IMG/VR virus record: IMGVR_UViG_2061766007_000813
DNA: 64,000 nt
Origin: an uncultured virus (IMG/VR IMGVR_UViG_2061766007_000813)
Taxonomy: Duplodnaviria > Heunggongvirae > Uroviricota > Caudoviricetes
Strand: one strand, 5' to 3'
Below, piece by piece: positions 13,396 to 23,645 of this stretch (position 1 is its first letter; each line of letters begins with the position of its first letter). Under the pieces are notes generated by a model that saw nothing but the letters and a program-made list of their open reading frames with translations, was not told the DNA's origin and did not search any database. The translations under genes and the position numbers were made by a program.

Positions 13396-14397
13396 TCATA
13401 CTCCTGTACCAATTCTCATGGTCTTTTCAAACATTTCAATCCAAGATGGCATTTCAAGGGAATCGCATCCATTTAGAACATGAGAACCATCCTTCATGAA
13501 ATATTCATGAATAATATCAATATGCTGTTCAAGAACTTCCGACGAACAATTCCTACGTATCAACCCCATTCTATACACAAATGGATTGAACATCATTCCT
13601 TTGACAAGACTTTGTTCTTCACCAGAAAGAAGTTCCCTTGTTTTCATCATTTTATCAAGCGCATTTTCAAGACAGTCATGAAATGCAATACATATCTTCC
13701 TTGTTCTTTCCAAGGAAAAATCATCCTGTTTTGAACCAAAGTATCCAATATTTGTAAAATACGAATACAACGGAGGAATAATTCCAGCCTTCAAAACGCT
13801 TTTTGTGTGAAAATACCACATGACTGTAAAAAAGATGTCATGTGTTACATATTTATTTCCAAGATATTTTTCATCTGGAATGCATTTCTTCATTAATTCA
13901 GACCTGAATATTTTTGAATTCAGGAAGTTGCTTGTCTTATTTGGATAATAAAGCGCAAAGAATTCAGACCCTTTGAAAACGCGCCACTGGCATTCGACAG
14001 GAGGACAAATGCATTGCGACCCATCCAGATGAATTTCATAAAATCTCTCGAAATCAATCCAATCATATCCAGAAGAATCCATCAGATTCATAGAAATCTG
14101 AAAAGCTTTGTCATGTGCGAATTTATCATCTGCATCACACCACATGCAATATTCCGTATCAAGAGCGTTGATAAGCTGTGTGCGGGCATACAGACCGCCT
14201 TTGTTTTCACCGCCATCAATTAATTTTATTCTTTTATCATTGAAAGATTTAATGATAGAAATACTTTCATCAACGGAACCATCGTCATATATGGATAATA
14301 TGAAATCTCCGTAGGTCTGTTGCAAAATACTTTCAATCGACCTACGGAGATATTTCCCGCAATTATAAACTGGCATGCAGATAGTCAGCTTGGTCAT
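13396..14397 (-). CDS. Glycosyltransferase family 2, copy 4
   Basis: LTICMPVYN, YDDGSVD, ENKG and WCDADD motifs. Confidence 0.92.
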   Translation of the reverse strand: MTKLTICMPVYNCGKYLRRSIESILQQTYGDFILSIYDDGSVDESISIIKSFNDKRIKLIDGGENKGGLYARTQLINALDTEYCMWCDADDKFAHDKAFQISMNLMDSSGYDWIDFERFYEIHLDGSQCICPPVECQWRVFKGSEFFALYYPNKTSNFLNSKIFRSELMKKCIPDEKYLGNKYVTHDIFFTVMWYFHTKSVLKAGIIPPLYSYFTNIGYFGSKQDDFSLERTRKICIAFHDCLENALDKMMKTRELLSGEEQSLVKGMMFNPFVYRMGLIRRNCSSEVLEQHIDIIHEYFMKDGSHVLNGCDSLEMPSWIEMFEKTMRIGTGV

Positions 14398-14418
14398 TAC
14401 AATTCCCCAATCTAAAAA

Positions 14419-15411
14419 TCAATCCTCATAAATTATCTTTTCAAGATAATTGATAAAATCTGGCATCTCAATATCTTCAAAATCATTAAGGACATGAATT
14501 CCATCAAGACAGAACCAATTATGAAAAACCGTAGCCAATTCCCTATACTTAGCCTTGTCATCCTGATTTCTCACCACCCTAATGTTTCTGCATATGTCTG
14601 TAAGACCTGCGACTTTGACAAGATTTGTCTTCTCCGCATCCGTGAGAGGTCTGATTGCAGTCATCCTATTGTACAACGATTTAACGACATTGTACCTAAA
14701 TTCACACTGCTCATTAAACCTCTCAAGCGATTCATCATTTAATCTCGACCCCCAGATGCCGACTTCGTAATTATAGGCATATATCGGAGATTCAGACGCA
14801 ACATGGCAATACCTTTTTGCAAGGAAATACCACATGCCAGAGAAGAAGCAAATATCTCCCGCAAACCGTCTTGAAATAATTTCCTGTTCTGGAATGCTCT
14901 GCTGAAGAAGGCTGGTCTTTATAATCTTGGAACACAAGAAATTCTGATGTTCAAGCGGATAGTACAATTCAAACAACTTGTCCCCGAAATAGGAGAAATC
15001 ACTGGACTTGATGCCTCCGACTTCATAGATGTCACCGCTCTTGTCAACATAATTCATTTTGACAATATTCACAATGTCATAATTTTCAGATTTGATAAGA
15101 GTCAACAAATGCTCAAAGGCATCATTCCTGCAAAAATAATCATCATCATCAATCCACATGCAGTATTCCGTGTCAATCATCGGTATCATCGTGGCTCTTG
15201 CATACAGGCATCCTTTGTTTTCTCCGCCTCTGACGATGTTGATTCTTGGGTCGTTGTATGATTCAAGGACTTCAATCGTATTGTCTGTGGAACCGTCGTC
15301 ATAAACAAGAAGCTTGAAATCTTGAAGAGTCTGGTTCATAATGCTTTCTATGGATGTATGAAGACACTGCGCCCCATTATAAACATTCATGCAAACTGTA
15401 AGCTCGGTCAT
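14419..15411 (-). CDS. Glycosyltransferase family 2, copy 3
   Basis: LTVCMNVYN, YDDGSTD, ENKG and WIDDDD motifs. Confidence 0.92.
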   Translation of the reverse strand: MTELTVCMNVYNGAQCLHTSIESIMNQTLQDFKLLVYDDGSTDNTIEVLESYNDPRINIVRGGENKGCLYARATMIPMIDTEYCMWIDDDDYFCRNDAFEHLLTLIKSENYDIVNIVKMNYVDKSGDIYEVGGIKSSDFSYFGDKLFELYYPLEHQNFLCSKIIKTSLLQQSIPEQEIISRRFAGDICFFSGMWYFLAKRYCHVASESPIYAYNYEVGIWGSRLNDESLERFNEQCEFRYNVVKSLYNRMTAIRPLTDAEKTNLVKVAGLTDICRNIRVVRNQDDKAKYRELATVFHNWFCLDGIHVLNDFEDIEMPDFINYLEKIIYED

Positions 15412-15440
15412 TGTATTTTTCTCCTATGACATTGTTAGAA

Positions 15441-16427
15441 TCAATCTATATCACCATTCATTATACCTTCCAAATATTTAATATGGACTGGCATAACATA
15501 ATCGTCCACCCCATTCAGAAGATGCATTCCGTCTTTTCCGAAGAATTCATGCCACAAGTCGATGTATTTCACCGCCTCATCAGCAGGCTTGTCCTTTATA
15601 GACTTTCTTATCTGTACGCAAAGCCCGTCAACCATGCACAAATGCAAGACCATCTTCTTCTCTTCGACAGTCAACGGTCTGATTGCCATCATCCTCCTGT
15701 AGTTTGAAACCGTGACATTGTACATGTAGTCGCACAAGTCCCTCGTCCTGTCCAATGAATAGTCATCATGCTTTGTCCCATATATCCCGATGTCGGCATA
15801 GTATGCGTAAATCGGGTCTTCTGCGGACATGTAGTACCTTTTCAGATAAAACGCCATCATGGTAAGGAAGAACGGTTCGTCAATGACGAAATACTTTTCA
15901 TAGACTTCCTTCTCTGGAATGCATTTCTTGAGCAATTCCGTCTTGAATATCTTCGACTGGAACGTATGGCAGAAATACCCATCGACCCCGCGAAGGAAGT
16001 TGTCGTCAATAAGCTGTACATCCTTGCTGTAATTGCCAACGCTCTCGCTTCCGTCTGGATGAATGACTCTCTTGTTATTGAATGAAACGACATCGTAATC
16101 GCCAGACTTTATCAAGAACAAGGCGCGTTCAAAGGCATCGTCCCTGCAAAAGCAGTCGTCGGCATCAAGCACCATCATGTATTTCGTGTCAACCATCGAA
16201 AACATCTTCGACCTCGCATACACGATGCCCCTGTTCTCCTTGCCTTCGACTATCTTCATGCGGTCGTCATGAAACGACTTCAACTTCTGAACCGTCCCGT
16301 CCGTCGAACCGTCGTCATAAACAAGAAGCTTGAAATCATGGACGGTCTGGCTACGGACACTTCCAATCGACCTGTCGAGGTACTTCTCGCCATTGTAAAC
16401 ATTCATGCATATCGTCAGTTCAGTCAT
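15441..16427 (-). CDS. Glycosyltransferase family 2, copy 2
   Basis: LTICMNVYN, YDDGSTD, ENRG and VLDADD motifs. Confidence 0.92.
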   Translation of the reverse strand: MTELTICMNVYNGEKYLDRSIGSVRSQTVHDFKLLVYDDGSTDGTVQKLKSFHDDRMKIVEGKENRGIVYARSKMFSMVDTKYMMVLDADDCFCRDDAFERALFLIKSGDYDVVSFNNKRVIHPDGSESVGNYSKDVQLIDDNFLRGVDGYFCHTFQSKIFKTELLKKCIPEKEVYEKYFVIDEPFFLTMMAFYLKRYYMSAEDPIYAYYADIGIYGTKHDDYSLDRTRDLCDYMYNVTVSNYRRMMAIRPLTVEEKKMVLHLCMVDGLCVQIRKSIKDKPADEAVKYIDLWHEFFGKDGMHLLNGVDDYVMPVHIKYLEGIMNGDID

Positions 16428-17981
16428 GATTTCTTCCCCACGTTTTTCTTGTTTTCCGACCAGCTTGTGTCACAGAATTGCTTCGATGGTTTATGACCAA
16501 GAAATTCATCCACCGCATCACACAATCCAGAAAATTGCTTCGTATAATCATGCCCCGCAATCACCCCGTTCTTCTTCACCTTGCAGGCATACATCTCCAA
16601 ATCCTTTTTCACCGCTTCATAAGTATGGCATCCGTCAACATACAGGAAATCGGCAGAATTATTCTTAATCTGGTCTGCTACATTGTACGAAAATCCCTTG
16701 ACCTTCACAATCCTGCTGTCGTTGCCAAGTCTTCTGTCAAAAGCCTTTTCCGCAGTTTCAGTCGTAATGGAAGCCATATCATTATCGTCGTATCCGTTTT
16801 TCCATGCGTCTATGCAATATATCTTATCAAATACACCTGTCGAAAGCATCAGCTCAGCGGATTCGCCCTGATAACTTCCGATTTCAATGGCTGTCAATCC
16901 AGACTTGCCCTTGAAATTCTCATTCACCAAGTCAAGAATCCCCTTGGCAAAATCACCAGTCCTCATGCTATACACCATTTGCCGTCTTTCCGTATAACCC
17001 ATGTCGTCATCCATCTGGCGAATGGTTCCCTCCATCACGAAATCATTAATTCCATTAAGAAGATGCACGCCATCCTTTCCAAATGCGGAATGGAATATAT
17101 CCATCAGCGCATTTCCATATGCCTCGCCGACTCTTTCCCTCATGACATTTATAACCTTGATAAGCATATTGAATTTCTTGCCTCTCATGAATGCGTCATA
17201 TTCTTTCTCGTTCATCGGCTTTATCGCATTCAAATCCTCGTAGTTGGAAAGAAAACTGAAATACGTGCATACGCACAAGTCACCGAACCTCTGTGGCGTA
17301 AAATCATCAGCATCCTTCCCATAATATCCAATGTCGTTCTTGTATTCATATATCGGCTCATCGGTGGCGACGTTCAAGTAACGCTTACATGCGTAAAACC
17401 ACATCGGGCAGAAAAAGTGGTCGTCCGTAACAAATCTCTGCTCGAATGCATAATGGCTCGGAATGCACTTTTTCATCAATTCAGTCTTGAATATCTTAGA
17501 CCAGAACAGCTCATGATTGTCAACAGGATAGAACTTTTCAAAGAGCTGGTCTCCGCAGTAGATGAAATCCCCGTATATGAAATTCTTCCTTACTCCGCGT
17601 CCATTCTCCTTTGAAAAATAATACACATTAGTGAAATTAACAAGGTCATAATCGCCAGACTTGATATAGTTGACAGCGTATTCAAGAGCATCGTTACGAC
17701 AGAACCTGTCGTCGCTGTCGCACCACATGCAGTATTCCGTATCAAGGGCATTGATAATCTGTGTACGGGCATAGACAGGACCGCGGTTTTCGTTCCCCTT
17801 CATAAGAACAATCCTTTCGTCGTTAAAGGATTTTATCTTCTCCACTGTGCCGTCCGTCGAACCGTCATCGTAAATCAGGAGCTTGAAGTCCCTGTACGTC
17901 TGGCTCAGGATGCTCCCTATCGATTCGTCCAGATACTTCTCCGAATTGTAAACTGGCATGCATACCNNNNNNNNNNNCCAT
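16424..17981 (-). CDS. GT2 glycosyltransferase fused to a C-terminal class I SAM-dependent methyltransferase (Methyltransf_24-like), copy 1
   Basis: GT2 motifs (MPVYN, YDDGSTD, WCDSDD), then IEIGSYQGES, YVDGCHTYEAVKKD and GHDY. The start is probably the ATG at 17981 across the N-gap. Confidence 0.88.
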
Positions 17982-18018
17982 CCTTTTTTAAAATCAAATC
18001 TGCCGACTCAATATGCAA

Positions 18019-18681
18019 TTACCGTTGCATATCGAAATAAATCTCATAGTTCGTAGTCGTCTTCGTGATTTTGATTGGTCTTCCGACGACATGGAACGTC
18101 TTTCCAACCTTCTGGTCAAGGTCTTCGGCGAATTCCTTTCCTTCGGCATCCCAGAAATCCTTGTCGCACTTCCAACCCCTGCTCTTGTTCGTCAAGAAGC
18201 AGGAATACTTGTTTCCGTCATTGTCCCTGAAAATGAATTTCTTCTTGTAAGTCGTTGACCTGTAATGACCGTATATATGGAAATCCTTTTCAAAAGTCTC
18301 GCCTAATGAATCAAGAATCAAATCCTTCTCGAACACTTCATCCATATTCACAGGAACAGGAGCGGTATTCTGATTGAGCTGGTTCATATATTCATTACAC
18401 ACATTCTCGACATCATTCCAGTCCACCTTGTTCCAGAAGCAATGCCATCCGTAATCCCTGTCATAGCGGAATCCAAGGGCTTTAAGGGAATCCTTGATAT
18501 GAATCATGTCATTGTACTGACCATACACGCAGATGAAATCGCCAGGATATCTCATATTGCCAAGAGCCATTCTACGGACATGAATCCTAAACGGTCCAAT
18601 TGTCACATCCTCATGCTGGAAAGCCACCATTTCCTTGGCGAGCTTAATCAATGCCTTCGCGATTTTAACATTTTGATTCAT
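18019..18681 (-). CDS. Hypothetical protein with KIAK-leader motif
   Basis: 220-aa ORF with AAGGAG SD; begins MNQNVKIAKALIKLAKEMVA. Confidence 0.8.
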   Translation of the reverse strand: MNQNVKIAKALIKLAKEMVAFQHEDVTIGPFRIHVRRMALGNMRYPGDFICVYGQYNDMIHIKDSLKALGFRYDRDYGWHCFWNKVDWNDVENVCNEYMNQLNQNTAPVPVNMDEVFEKDLILDSLGETFEKDFHIYGHYRSTTYKKKFIFRDNDGNKYSCFLTNKSRGWKCDKDFWDAEGKEFAEDLDQKVGKTFHVVGRPIKITKTTTNYEIYFDMQR

Positions 18682-18700
18682 TGTTTTTCTCCTTTTTGCT

Positions 18701-18739
18701 AAAAAAAAATATCCGACGATACATTATACCGTCGGATAT
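18701..18739 (-). terminator. Intrinsic terminator whose loop contains TATAAT
   Basis: ATATCCGACG/CGTCGGATAT stem followed by a T-run on the minus strand; loop contains TATAAT at 18723-18728 (minus). Confidence 0.7.
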
Positions 18740-18765
18740 AAAAAATTTATGATTTAAAAGTCATG

Positions 18766-19311
18766 TTACTGCGCCATTTCATCAAGCTTTTGTTTAAGCT
18801 CTTTTCCCCAAGTCTCCATTTTTTTAGCCAGCGTACTAATAATCAGAGAAATCATTTCCTCCTCGATGTCAAGCTCCTTCAACGTGTCCATCATCTTGTC
18901 GAAGCACATCTTCTGGAAAAGCATGAACGCAGGTGAATTCAGGTCGATGTCGCTGGCACGCTGATTCAGTTCCTTTCTCTTGGCGACGATTTCAGCCACG
19001 GAACGAAGCAATTCGCCACGTTTCACCGTGACGATGGTCGAATTCTCGACATCCCCTTCCTCCGTCATCATGAGCTGTGTGGCGAGCAGTTGCTCACCAC
19101 CTTCGAGAATCTCCTCGATGATTCCACCGAGGATTTCGTCGGAGGTGACTTCCTCGCCACCGTGCTTCACCTTGTCAAGCACGCTTGAATGACCATTCTC
19201 GCGATACTGCTCTACGAGAGCCTCCCGATATGCGTTGATGTCCGCGCCTGCGATGAAACGCTTGCGTGGCAACGGCTTGGGATTGTTAGATTGTACTATA
19301 CCTTCTGACAT
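18766..19311 (-). CDS. Hypothetical helical acidic protein
   Basis: 181-aa ORF in operon orientation; no motif recognised. Confidence 0.75.
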   Translation of the reverse strand: MSEGIVQSNNPKPLPRKRFIAGADINAYREALVEQYRENGHSSVLDKVKHGGEEVTSDEILGGIIEEILEGGEQLLATQLMMTEEGDVENSTIVTVKRGELLRSVAEIVAKRKELNQRASDIDLNSPAFMLFQKMCFDKMMDTLKELDIEEEMISLIISTLAKKMETWGKELKQKLDEMAQ

Positions 19312-19314
19312 TGA

Positions 19315-19605
19315 TTATTCCTTTGATACTTTTTTCGCTTTGGTGTAACCATCATTCACAAACCAAAAATCTTCAAGTTTTCCATTATTACGTTTTTTCT
19401 TTTCTTCAAAATATTCAACAGCGACTTTCGCAAGCTCCTCTTCTGAATGCCTATCATTTGCAAGGCTGGAAAGATTATATTTTTCTGGAAACTCTTGCTT
19501 ATAAGCATTCAAAACAATATCCTTCCATTGTTCAACGTATGTCTTTTCAGCAATAATGCTTCTTGCAAGCCTCAGCAATTCTTTTGCTATTTTAACATTA
19601 TCCAT
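19315..19605 (-). CDS. Hypothetical protein with KIAK-leader motif
   Basis: AAGGAG SD, then MDNVKIAKELLRLARSIIA. Confidence 0.8.
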   Translation of the reverse strand: MDNVKIAKELLRLARSIIAEKTYVEQWKDIVLNAYKQEFPEKYNLSSLANDRHSEEELAKVAVEYFEEKKKRNNGKLEDFWFVNDGYTKAKKVSKE

Positions 19606-19651
19606 GTTTATTCTCCTTATATCCAATTAACAGATTTCGAAATTCGTTTTA

Positions 19652-20158
19652 TCAAATTATANNNNNNNNNNNNAAGGCGTTAGTCATCAAAATATCACTT
19701 TCCTGAATTTCCGAGACTCTTCCTTTGAATGAAACTCTTTCGTCTTTATGACTTCCGAGCAACGTCTTCCAGTCTGATTCAATACCTTCGCACAATTTCG
19801 ATTGCATTTTTGAATGATGAGCCTCAACAAACTTGTCCAGACTTTGTTTGGGCAAGCTTTTATACACTTGCTTAATTTCACTGTCGGTCGCTTCTGGATG
19901 TTTCACCTTGTACTGGTCGAAGAACTTCTTCTTCAAATCCTTTCGTGCTTCATCATGCCCGACAAACGGAATTTTCACAACAAACCTGACAAGTTTCTTG
20001 GACATGTCGTCAACATCCACCATGCCAGTTGTGCTATTGCCATACACCGTTCCAGTTGCGGAAATCTCCTGACCAACAGAATACGGGCATTGTTCATCGG
20101 ACGAAATGACATCTTTCGCCAATTTAACCAGCTCTTTTGCTATTTTGATATTATCCAT
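19652..20158 (-). CDS. Hypothetical protein with KIAK-leader motif (3' end uncertain because of an N-gap)
   Basis: GGAG SD, then MDNIKIAKELVKLAKDVIS. Confidence 0.75.
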   Translation of the reverse strand: MDNIKIAKELVKLAKDVISSDEQCPYSVGQEISATGTVYGNSTTGMVDVDDMSKKLVRFVVKIPFVGHDEARKDLKKKFFDQYKVKHPEATDSEIKQVYKSLPKQSLDKFVEAHHSKMQSKLCEGIESDWKTLLGSHKDERVSFKGRVSEIQESDILMTNAXXXXXII

Positions 20159-20169
20159 ATCTTTTCTCC

Positions 20170-21669
20170 CTACCAGCTCCAATCGTATCTCTTTGAAATC
20201 TCGACTTCCTCTGGAACATCGTCCACCTCGGCTTCCTCCTTGTCGGAATCCAAGTCGAACATCTCATCAATGTCCACGTCGCCACTGCTCAGGTCGGCAT
20301 AGTCGAAATCATCGTCCTTCATGTCCTTGATGTCGTCGATGGTGAATTCCTCCACGTTGTCGAACGTCACATCGTCCTTGAAGTCCTTCTTCGTCAGTTC
20401 GGTCATGTTGTCGTCGAACAAGCCGTAGTCGGGAACATCCATCTCGATTTCAACCATCGGGGATTCCTTCGTCACGTCGGCATCCGTGTTCTCGACACGT
20501 TTCTGCAATTCCATGTCCGTCCTGTTGGAGCCTTTCTCTTCATCCACGGCGACGGATTTCGTCAATCTGTCGATGATGATGTCGGTCTTCGTCGAAGGCT
20601 TGTACTCGTCCTTGATGCGGAATTCCTTCCTGAGAGCCGTGTCGCCAATGTCGTCCAGCTTCCTGACGGACTTGTTGACCACATCGATGTCCTTCTTCAA
20701 GTCGGTCGCGCCGATGTCATCCACCTTCTGTTCATGAAGATTCGTAACCTCCTGCTGTCTGACAGGTCTGCCAACCTGAACATCCTTCACCAAGTCGGAC
20801 TTCATGACTTCCTGCTTGATGTCGAAATTCCTCGGCATGGAGACTCCATTGCCAAGGTCGTCCAGCTTGTTCTCATGGATATTCGTCAATTCAACATCTT
20901 TCACGGCGACACCAACAGGCGCATCAAGTTCCTGCTGTCTGACATCATAGCTGTCCACCACGTCGTCGAACTTGCCATCCGACTTGGACTTAGGCTGGAA
21001 GGCGCGTTTCACGACGGACACCAGATACGCGAGCTTGTTCTCTGAATTGACAAAGTTGTTCCTCTCATTCACGGACATCCATTTTCTTCCAAGGAAATAA
21101 TCGGCAATTCCAGCAAGACGGTCGTCGTCATTGTCGAAGATGGCGTTGATATCGTCCACGCATGGAAGCCCCGTGTATTCATCGACATAGCTGATTTCCT
21201 CATGAATTCCCTCGTCGGAATTCAGAAATCCGTCCATCGTCCCGTCGTTTTCGCTGATAAGCGAGCGGGAGATGATTTCACGAAGCTCGGTCGCATTGTA
21301 GGCGTAGAGATTGCACTTGCGCATATCCTCTGGCATGTCCTCGTAGCCGAACTTGTCGTCGAAATTGGCGACATCCACGACGAACCAGCCGAGGAAACCG
21401 TCGTTCCTGTCAAGAAACGCGGATACCTTGTCGTAAAGACCGAAACGCCTGATGACTTCCTGATATTTGAAAAGGATACCGTCCTTATGCCGTCCGCGCA
21501 TGAGTTCGCGTGTCATGGCATGCTTCCAGTTCCATACCATCGTCTTCGGCTTCTTATCGACCTTGAGGGTCTCCTCGATGGTCATTTCTGGATGGTTGTA
21601 GAAGTCGCCTTCTATCTGACCGCCATGCCAGTTTTCGTCAACGTATTTTCCAATATTGCCAAGTCCCAT
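20170..21669 (-). CDS. Hypothetical acidic protein with internal degenerate repeats
   Basis: 499 aa with GGAGG SD; ELTNIHENKLDDLG / EVTNLHEQKVDDIG / RKLDDIG repeats and an Asp/Glu-rich tail. Confidence 0.8.
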   Translation of the reverse strand: MGLGNIGKYVDENWHGGQIEGDFYNHPEMTIEETLKVDKKPKTMVWNWKHAMTRELMRGRHKDGILFKYQEVIRRFGLYDKVSAFLDRNDGFLGWFVVDVANFDDKFGYEDMPEDMRKCNLYAYNATELREIISRSLISENDGTMDGFLNSDEGIHEEISYVDEYTGLPCVDDINAIFDNDDDRLAGIADYFLGRKWMSVNERNNFVNSENKLAYLVSVVKRAFQPKSKSDGKFDDVVDSYDVRQQELDAPVGVAVKDVELTNIHENKLDDLGNGVSMPRNFDIKQEVMKSDLVKDVQVGRPVRQQEVTNLHEQKVDDIGATDLKKDIDVVNKSVRKLDDIGDTALRKEFRIKDEYKPSTKTDIIIDRLTKSVAVDEEKGSNRTDMELQKRVENTDADVTKESPMVEIEMDVPDYGLFDDNMTELTKKDFKDDVTFDNVEEFTIDDIKDMKDDDFDYADLSSGDVDIDEMFDLDSDKEEAEVDDVPEEVEISKRYDWSW

Positions 21670-21684
21670 TGCACCCCCTCCTGA

Positions 21685-21927
21685 TTAAAGCTGTTCTTCC
21701 GACAGAACATCGTCTGGGAACACCGCCTCTATATACTTTCCGTCGTCGGACATCTTCCACAATTCCTGCGTCGCCTTGTGAATGAGGTACTTGGAATTGC
21801 TGGCGATGCGGATGAAACGGCTCTGGTTCTGACGGGACGCGGTTATTCTCTTGACAATCTTCTTGCCTTTGATTCCCTCTCCGAGTTCAAGGGAGCTGTG
21901 CCATTTATAATCTTCGAAAAAGTTCAT
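21685..21927 (-). CDS. Small hypothetical protein
   Basis: AAGGAGG SD before MNFFEDY; about 80 aa. Confidence 0.7.
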   Translation of the reverse strand: MNFFEDYKWHSSLELGEGIKGKKIVKRITASRQNQSRFIRIASNSKYLIHKATQELWKMSDDGKYIEAVFPDDVLSEEQL

Positions 21928-22371
21928 GATGGAACCTCCTTTTAATAACGTTACGATTTCAGTATGTCTGAAAAATACGGGGAAAATAAACAAATAATGA
22001 AATTTTCATTCGTCCTCCGTAACATAAAATCTACCAGTATTTACAATTCCGATATGATTCTTTATCTGAAAAATCAGACTGTTACGAAACTAACTTGGAC
22101 TATATCAAGTCTCTTCTTTCGATTATGACACCGATATCTTCAATTATCCAAGTCATTATACTCCGCTGACNNNNNNNNNNAGTCACTGTCGCGATTTAAG
22201 GAGGTCTAATAAAACAGTTCAAGTTTCAACTGTTTAGTTTTTACGGAGATGCAGGACTGAAACCAAGCTGAGTAAGCAAAGAATTTTACCATCTCCAACC
22301 GTATAACTAAAAATTCAAAGAGCATATTTATTAAATTTTATTATACTTTATAAATTTTAACAAATTTTCAA

Positions 22372-23118
22372 TTAATTGTCGTCCTCCCCTCTCGCAACGA
22401 ATTTTTTGACGTTGTTCAGGTTGTTCATAATGTATTTGAACAAATTATACATATCGGTGTATCCGTTTGCCAGAAGACGGTTGACTATTGTATTAAGATG
22501 GCTTCTGCATGTGATGTTGCCGACACCCATAAGTCTCGATGTCTTGACAATGGAGGTCGAATAGAAGAATAATGTCAGCATCTCCCTGTCATACGTATTA
22601 AGTTGATTATTATCATCGACTATGAACATCACGAAATCATCGATGCTCGCCTCCATCTTGACGACGAACTGGATTTGCTCCTTGATTCTTGTCACATCAT
22701 AAGATATGGCAGGCTGTGTCTTGCCGAATATCTTGACCAAATCCTCCTGTTTCTTGCCAGACAGGAAATACAGGTAGATGATGTCCATGTCCTTCTTTCC
22801 GAAGAACCTGAAGTAGTTGTCGAGATATTCGTTGACTTCCCAGTTGGTGTAGTTGTCACGGCTCGCCATTTCGGACATTTCTGGCTCGTCGATGCTGTAT
22901 CCGACGACATACTTTTCCTTGACTGCATCGTTTTCCTCGTTGCTGGATGATTCGCCATCGTTCTCCACGGAGTAATCAACAAATTCCTCCATGTCCTCGT
23001 TCTCGTCAACCAGAAGCTCTTCCTTGCGCTCGTCAAGCTCTTCGTCATCGACTTCGTTCTGGATTTCAATGTCGGTATCGTCCTCGACGACCTTTTCCTT
23101 TTTGTCTTTTATTATCAT
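22372..23118 (-). CDS. Sigma-70 region-4-like HTH protein (possible phage sigma-like factor)
   Basis: DIIYLYFLSGKKQEDLVKIFGKTQPAISYDVTRIKEQI fits a sigma region 4 HTH; a second HTH-like segment follows (DREMLTLFF...SRLMGVGNITCRSHL); acidic N-terminus. Confidence 0.65.
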   Translation of the reverse strand: MIIKDKKEKVVEDDTDIEIQNEVDDEELDERKEELLVDENEDMEEFVDYSVENDGESSSNEENDAVKEKYVVGYSIDEPEMSEMASRDNYTNWEVNEYLDNYFRFFGKKDMDIIYLYFLSGKKQEDLVKIFGKTQPAISYDVTRIKEQIQFVVKMEASIDDFVMFIVDDNNQLNTYDREMLTLFFYSTSIVKTSRLMGVGNITCRSHLNTIVNRLLANGYTDMYNLFKYIMNNLNNVKKFVARGEDDN

Positions 23119-23645
23119 TTCAAAACCTTCAAATACTTAAATATGTTGCCTTTGATTTCAAGCTCGTCTGGATTATATTGCTCCACCACAGTGCCGAAAC
23201 AGAATTTCATGCCGACTTCAATCTTCGACGAACGATTCTCCCGAAGGACGATTCCATGCAACTTGCTGTATATTCCGCTCTTGATTACCACGATATCCCC
23301 GTATTTGACGGAGATGTTCTTCTTCGCTTCCTCTATCCCGCCCATCATGTCCTTCAATTCCGTCTCGGTTATCCGCATGTGGACTGGATAAGCCTCGAAA
23401 TAATCACGCCTGAAAGCCAGAATCTCCCTCAAATCCGTATCATGATGGTATTCACGGACAAAGACAAAGTTGCTCAACGCATTCTCGTCATCCTTCCTGA
23501 CAAAACGCACATCCGTGTTCTTCAAAGGGAAATTAGCAAGGAGACAAGCCTTCAACTGCTCCCTGTCGGCATCCGTCGCGTACTTTTCCTTCAGAACAAG
23601 GACAAGCCATGTATTGTTTTCTTCAATATTCTCCATATCAGTCAA
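23115..23645 (-). CDS. NusG/RfaH-like transcription elongation factor (NGN + KOW)
   Basis: N-terminal WLVLV and NFVFV, then ITETEL and KOW-like VKYGDIVVIKSGIYSKLHGIV; 176 aa is NusG-sized. Confidence 0.72.
   Translation of the reverse strand: MTDMENIEENNTWLVLVLKEKYATDADREQLKACLLANFPLKNTDVRFVRKDDENALSNFVFVREYHHDTDLREILAFRRDYFEAYPVHMRITETELKDMMGGIEEAKKNISVKYGDIVVIKSGIYSKLHGIVLRENRSSKIEVGMKFCFGTVVEQYNPDELEIKGNIFKYLKVLK

Noticed and set aside
11394..17981. Bacterial capsule or LPS locus
   Set aside because: No transport, polymerase or sugar-synthesis genes are adjacent, and the flanking genes are phage-like.
22090..22110. Group I intron-like S element (GATATAGTCC on the minus strand)
   Set aside because: No matching R/P7 partner or interrupted gene was found, and the segment pairs locally with ACTTGGA instead.
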